Shown here one piece after another: positions 59,303 to 64,000 of a DNA stretch of 64,000 nucleotides. Position numbers and translations under genes: made by a program. Within the stretch, counting starts at the first letter, position 1; each line of letters begins with the position of its first letter. Where the stretch lies: NCBI GenBank assembly GCA_963783305.1, contig CAWAMW010000011.1, positions 1 to 64,000 of the forward strand, read 5' to 3'. The notes under the pieces were generated by a model, which was given only the letters and a program-made list of their open reading frames with translations, was not told where the DNA came from and made no database searches. The DNA comes from an uncultured Gemmatimonadales bacterium. GTDB taxonomy: Bacteria; Gemmatimonadota; Gemmatimonadetes; Longimicrobiales; RSA9.

Positions 59303-61009
59303 ATGTCCGACGCGCATCGCGACGAAATAGCGAAGCTCGAGAACCTGTACGCGGAGAACCCGGATGGCCGGGTTTTCACCCACCTCGCCGAGGCGTATCG
59401 CAAGGCGGGCGACTTCGATCGCGCTCAGGCGACGCTGGCCGATGGTCTCCAGCGCCACCCGGAGTACTCCAGCGCCCACGTCGTCCGGGGACGGGTCCTC
59501 ATGGATCAGCACCGGACCGACGAGGCCGAGCAGGCGTTCCACCGCGTCCTGGAGCTCGACCCCTACAACCTCATCGCCATCCGGTCCCTGGCCGAGCTCG
59601 CTCGCGAGCGCGGAGCAGACGAGGAGGCGCTGGCCTTTTATCAGCGCCTCCTCGACCAGGAGCCCGGCGACGAGGGTGCGCGGGAGTTCGTCGCGCAGGT
59701 CGCGCCCGACGAGTACGTGCCCGACGAGTACGCCAGTGACGAGTACGCCAGCGACGAGCCCAGTCCGCTTCAGGGACTGGAGAGCGAGTCGTTCGGTGAT
59801 GACGTCAGCCGGAGCATGGCCCCGGCAGACGGGGGCCATGATGCCGAGGTCCGTACCGAGACCATCGCACAGGTCTACGCTCGCCAGGGTCTCTACGAGC
59901 GCGCGGTGGAGGTCTACCGCGAGCTGGTCCGCGCCCGCCCCGAGGATGAAGCCCTGCGGGACCGTCTGGCCGAGATGGAGCAGCTCGCCGAGGCGCAGAC
60001 GGAGCGCACGGGCGAGGTCGATGCGGTCTACGATCTGGACGTGGACGATCCGCGGCCCCGTGACACGGGATCCGTCCTGGAGGGCTTCGGCGCCCTCGAA
60101 GGATTCTCGTCCCTCTACGGCGGCGGTGATCCGGAGCCGCACGCGGAGTCGGAGGGGGAATGGGAGCCCGAGTCGGAGCCGGCCGAAGAGCCCGAGGCGT
60201 TCACGGTGGAGGGTCTGGAGCCGGCGGAGCTGGACACCACGGATGTCGATGCGGTCCCCATGCTGGACATGGAGGTCGAGGAGGCGGATCCGGACACCGG
60301 GCTCCGCGCCAATGCCACCCCCGACATGGCCGAACCCGTGGACGGCCTCTCGGAGGAGCTGGACGTCCGTTCCGTGCCGGAGCCGCCGGAGGAGTCGCCG
60401 TGGGAGACGACGGTCCCGGAAGAGAGCGCGGACACCGACGCCGAGGAGCCGTCGTCGTGGGAGACGGGAGAGCCCGCCGCCGGCGCGGCAGCCGAGCCCG
60501 ACTGGCTCGCCGAGCTGCGGATCGAGTCGGAGTCGGTGCAGGAAGCGGAGCCGGCGGACGATGCGCCGGTTGCGGACGAGACCACGGAGGGCGAGGACTC
60601 CGCGGAGGAGGACGCGCTGGAAGCCGAGTCCGCGAGCGCCGAAGAGGTCTGGGCTGGCGCGGACTGGTCCGGTGAAACCGAAGCGGGCACCGCCAGCGAC
60701 TCCACACCCCACGCCTGGACGGATGACGAGGACACCGAGACGGTCGATTCCTCGCCACCCCTCCGCCAGTACTTTGGCGCACTCCTGGCATGGTCAGGCA
60801 CAGGATCCTCGCCGGAGTCCGGCGTGGAGCCGCATGCGCCCGGATCGGACGAGCCGCAGACGCCGGCCGCCACAGGGATGCCGGATACGCCCGGGATGCC
60901 GGACACGCCCGGCACGCCGGACACGCCCGGGACCCCGGCCACCGATGGGCCGGATGACGATGACGATCTGGACATGTTCCGGTCGTGGCTGGAGAGCCTG
61001 AAGCAGTGA
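59303..61009 (+). CDS. TPR protein with long acidic disordered C-terminal region
   Basis: [19 protein letters not shown]s, [14 protein letters not shown]-rich tail ending [10 protein letters not shown]. Confidence 0.88.
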   Translation: MSDAHRDEIAKLENLYAENPDGRVFTHLAEAYRKAGDFDRAQATLADGLQRHPEYSSAHVVRGRVLMDQHRTDEAEQAFHRVLELDPYNLIAIRSLAELARERGADEEALAFYQRLLDQEPGDEGAREFVAQVAPDEYVPDEYASDEYASDEPSPLQGLESESFGDDVSRSMAPADGGHDAEVRTETIAQVYARQGLYERAVEVYRELVRARPEDEALRDRLAEMEQLAEAQTERTGEVDAVYDLDVDDPRPRDTGSVLEGFGALEGFSSLYGGGDPEPHAESEGEWEPESEPAEEPEAFTVEGLEPAELDTTDVDAVPMLDMEVEEADPDTGLRANATPDMAEPVDGLSEELDVRSVPEPPEESPWETTVPEESADTDAEEPSSWETGEPAAGAAAEPDWLAELRIESESVQEAEPADDAPVADETTEGEDSAEEDALEAESASAEEVWAGADWSGETEAGTASDSTPHAWTDDEDTETVDSSPPLRQYFGALLAWSGTGSSPESGVEPHAPGSDEPQTPAATGMPDTPGMPDTPGTPDTPGTPATDGPDDDDDLDMFRSWLESLKQ

Positions 61010-61452
61010 CCGTTGAGGTCCTCCATGGTCCCAACCTGAACCTGCTCGGAACGCGCGAGCCCGATGTGTATGGCTCGGTCACGCTGGAGGAGGTCGATCG
61101 GCGGCTCGCGGATCTGGCTGGGCAGCTCGGCGTTAAGATCGGGACCTACCAGTCGAACCACGAGGGTGAGCTCATAGACCGTGTCCAGGAGCGGGCGGGG
61201 TCCGTGGCCGGGTTCCTCGTGAACGCCGGTGGGTACACGCATACCAGCGTGGCCCTTCGCGATGCGCTCGTCGGTGTGGGCCGCCCGTTCGTGGAGGTGC
61301 ACATCAGCAACATTCACGGGCGGGAGCCGTTCAGGAGGAAATCGCTGCTGGCGCCGGTGGCCCTTGGCAGCGTGGTTGGATTCGGGGCCGACAGCTACGC
61401 GCTCGCACTGCGCGGGCTGGTCCTGTACCTAGAGCAATCGAAACGGGGGTAG
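61006..61452 (+). CDS. aroQ: Type II 3-dehydroquinate dehydratase
   Basis: [45 protein letters not shown]. Confidence 0.97.
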   Translation: MTVEVLHGPNLNLLGTREPDVYGSVTLEEVDRRLADLAGQLGVKIGTYQSNHEGELIDRVQERAGSVAGFLVNAGGYTHTSVALRDALVGVGRPFVEVHISNIHGREPFRRKSLLAPVALGSVVGFGADSYALALRGLVLYLEQSKRG

Positions 61453-62073
61453 ATGGTGGCGAAAGGAAGCGAGTCTTCCGGAAGCGCGAGCCCGGAGAAG
61501 AAGGATAAGTCGAAGGGGGCGCGGGTGGAGACGCAGGAGATGGAGGGCGGAGCCACCCGCCCCATGCTCGATCTCGAGTTCGTCCGAGGCCTGATCGAGG
61601 CGGTGGATGGAAGCGGGATCGACTCGCTGGAGATCACGAGGGCGGGGACGCGGGTGAAAATTTCGAAGACGCCCCCGTCCGGCGGACCGACGCACGGCTT
61701 CTACGCGCCCCCTCCGGCGGCGTCGCACGCGCCGGCGGCCCCGCAGGCCGCGCCCGCGGCGGGCGTGGCACCGACGGGCGCGCCTTCGACGGAGGAGTCG
61801 GCGGACGCCTCCGGCGCGAAGGGTGACGGCCTGGTGGACATCACGTCGCCGATGGTGGGCACGTTCTACCGGGCCCCGGCGCCGGAGGCCCCGTCCTACG
61901 TGGAGTTGGGGACGAAGGTGGGGAAGGGGCAGACGCTCTGCATCCTCGAGGCAATGAAGCTCATGAACGAGCTCGAGGCCGAGGTGGACGGCGTGGTCCG
62001 GGAGATCCTGGTGGAGAACGCGGAGCCCGTGGAGTACGGGCAGGTGCTCTTCCGTATCGACCCGAATGGTTAG
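61453..62073 (+). CDS. accB: Acetyl-CoA carboxylase biotin carboxyl carrier protein
   Basis: [16 protein letters not shown]; true start may be downstream (~61564). Confidence 0.96.
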   Translation: MVAKGSESSGSASPEKKDKSKGARVETQEMEGGATRPMLDLEFVRGLIEAVDGSGIDSLEITRAGTRVKISKTPPSGGPTHGFYAPPPAASHAPAAPQAAPAAGVAPTGAPSTEESADASGAKGDGLVDITSPMVGTFYRAPAPEAPSYVELGTKVGKGQTLCILEAMKLMNELEAEVDGVVREILVENAEPVEYGQVLFRIDPNG

Positions 62074-62080
62074 GGGCCGG

Positions 62081-63442
62081 ATGTTTCGGAAGGTACTGAT
62101 CGCGAACCGCGGCGAGATCGCGCTGCGGGTCATTCGCGCCTGCCGTGAGCTGGGCATCCGCACCGTGGCGGTCTACAGCCAGGCGGATCGGGAATCGCTG
62201 CACGTGCGCTTCGCCGACGAGGACGTCTGCATCGGGCCGCCACCGGCCCGGGACAGCTATCTCAATATCCCGCGGATCATTGCGGCAGCGGAGGTGACGG
62301 GCGCCGACGCCATTCATCCCGGCTACGGGTTCCTGGCGGAGAACGCGGAGTTCGCCGAGATCTGCGACGAGTCCGACATCGTCTTCATCGGGCCCACCGC
62401 GGACCAGATCCGCCGCATGGGCGACAAGGCCGTGGCCCGGGAGACGATGATCGCCGAGGGCGTGCCGGTGGTGCCCGGCAGCGATGGCGCCATTGCCGAT
62501 GTGGACGAGGCGCTCCGTGTCGCGAAGCGCATGGGGTTCCCGGTGCTGATCAAGGCGGCGGCGGGCGGTGGCGGGAAGGGGATGCGCGTGGCGCAGGACC
62601 AGGCGAATTTCGCCCAGGCGTTCCAGGCGGCCCAGACGGAGGCCCAGGCGGCCTTCGGGGATGGCAAGGTCTATCTGGAGAAGTACCTCTCGCGGGCCCG
62701 TCACATCGAGATCCAGATCCTGGGGGACAAGCACGGCCGGATCATGCACCTCGGGGAGCGGGAGTGTTCGCTGCAGCGGCGCCACCAGAAGCTCATCGAG
62801 GAAGCGCCCTCGGTGGCGGTGGACGAGAAGCTGCGCAAGAAGATGGGCGCGGCGGCGATCAGGGCCGCGAAGGCCATCGACTACCATTCGGCCGGCACGG
62901 TGGAGTTCCTGCTGGACAAGGATGGCAAGTTCTACTTCATGGAGATGAACACGCGGATCCAGGTAGAGCACCCCGTGACGGAGCTGGTCACCGACGTGGA
63001 CCTGATCAAGGAACAGATCCGGATCGCCGCGGGGGAGAAGCACTCGCTCGGAGACCGGGAGCCGCCACCCATGCGGGGACACGCCATGGAGTGCCGCATC
63101 AACGCCGAGGACCCCGCCAAGAACTTCCAGCCGAGCCCCGGCCGGATCGATATCTGGCACGCGCCGGGCGGTCCGGGCGTGCGTGTGGACTCCCACGCCT
63201 ATCAGGGCTATCACGTCCCGCCGTTCTACGATTCGCTCCTGGCCAAGCTCATCGTTCACGGCCGCACCCGCGAGGAGACCATCATCCGCACTCGGCTCGC
63301 CCTGGAGTCGTTCATCGTGGAGGGCGTCAAGACGACCATTCCGTTCCTCCTCGAACTGCTCCACGATCCGGACGTCCTGGCGGGGAACATTGACACCAAG
63401 TTCCTCGAGCGCAGGATGGCGGAGAAGGCCGCCCGCTCATGA
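62081..63442 (+). CDS. accC: Biotin carboxylase
   Basis: [39 protein letters not shown]. Confidence 0.98.
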   Translation: MFRKVLIANRGEIALRVIRACRELGIRTVAVYSQADRESLHVRFADEDVCIGPPPARDSYLNIPRIIAAAEVTGADAIHPGYGFLAENAEFAEICDESDIVFIGPTADQIRRMGDKAVARETMIAEGVPVVPGSDGAIADVDEALRVAKRMGFPVLIKAAAGGGGKGMRVAQDQANFAQAFQAAQTEAQAAFGDGKVYLEKYLSRARHIEIQILGDKHGRIMHLGERECSLQRRHQKLIEEAPSVAVDEKLRKKMGAAAIRAAKAIDYHSAGTVEFLLDKDGKFYFMEMNTRIQVEHPVTELVTDVDLIKEQIRIAAGEKHSLGDREPPPMRGHAMECRINAEDPAKNFQPSPGRIDIWHAPGGPGVRVDSHAYQGYHVPPFYDSLLAKLIVHGRTREETIIRTRLALESFIVEGVKTTIPFLLELLHDPDVLAGNIDTKFLERRMAEKAARS

Positions 63443-64000
63443 GGGTCCATGTCTTCTTCACGCCCGCCGAGCTCGCGGGGGTGGAGCTGCCGGAGCGCGT
63501 GGCCGTCATCGACGTGCTTCGCGCCACGAGCACCATTGTGGAGGCCCTGGCGAACGGCGCACGGGCCATTTTCCCCGTGGCCACGGCCGATGACGCGGTC
63601 CGGATCGCCCAGAATATCGGCCGCGATTCCGTGCTGCTCTGCGGCGAGCGGAAGGGTCTGCCCATCGATGGGTTCGACCTGGGGAATGCCCCGCCGGAGT
63701 TCACGCGCGAGCGCGTGGCGGACATGGCGCTGGTCATGACCACCACCAATGGCACGCGCGCCTTTCTGTCCGTGGCCGAGCGGCAGGGCGGGGGTACGGC
63801 AAGCGCCGGCTCCACCATCGTAGCGGCCTCCTTCCTGAACCTGTCGGCCATTACCGACCAGCTTGCCGACGGCGATACGGACTGCGCGCTCGTCTGCGCC
63901 GGCCGTGAGGGCCGCTTCGCCGTGGAGGATGCGCTGTGCGCCGGCTCCATCGTGCGCGCGCTGGAGGAGCGGGGCATGGTGCTGGAGCTGAACGACGGCG
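63439..64000 (+). CDS. comB: 2-phosphosulfolactate phosphatase family protein, partial
   Basis: Manual translation: [11 protein letters not shown]...[13 protein letters not shown]...[18 protein letters not shown]...MTTTNGT...EDALCAG. Confidence 0.9.
   Translation, partial: MRVHVFFTPAELAGVELPERVAVIDVLRATSTIVEALANGARAIFPVATADDAVRIAQNIGRDSVLLCGERKGLPIDGFDLGNAPPEFTRERVADMALVMTTTNGTRAFLSVAERQGGGTASAGSTIVAASFLNLSAITDQLADGDTDCALVCAGREGRFAVEDALCAGSIVRALEERGMVLELNDG

Overview
High-GC bacterial chromosome segment. Gene content and order (secA-nadD, tsaE-tsaB-rimI-LysM, tolQRAB-pal-cpoB-nrdR-tatC-lptD-like-hutH-hutI, acidic TPR proteins, aroQ-accB-accC-comB) suggest Gemmatimonadota; this is inference, no search was run. 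The first ~6.9 kb is a visibly lower-GC, decaying polysaccharide-biosynthesis island (glycosyltransferases, epimerases, pseudogenes) ending in abutting IS481 and IS3/IS51-group remnants. The rest is housekeeping: secA, an SLBB polysaccharide exporter, radC, cysQ-permease-cysD-cysNC, rel, metK-metH-yitJ-like, uvrB, t6A genes, Tol-Pal, Tat, Hut and ACC. The most unusual signal is mostly intergenic: at least two families of modular 'constant linker + variable GC hairpin' repeat arrays, often arranged as inverted arms around a core. One set of arms brackets a four-helix-bundle (IVS-protein/bAvd-like) ORF, a second frameshifted four-helix-bundle gene ends at a module of the other family, and one 246-bp palindromic element sits in frame in the apparent TolB signal peptide. 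A SAM-II-like leader with an intrinsic terminator precedes metK.
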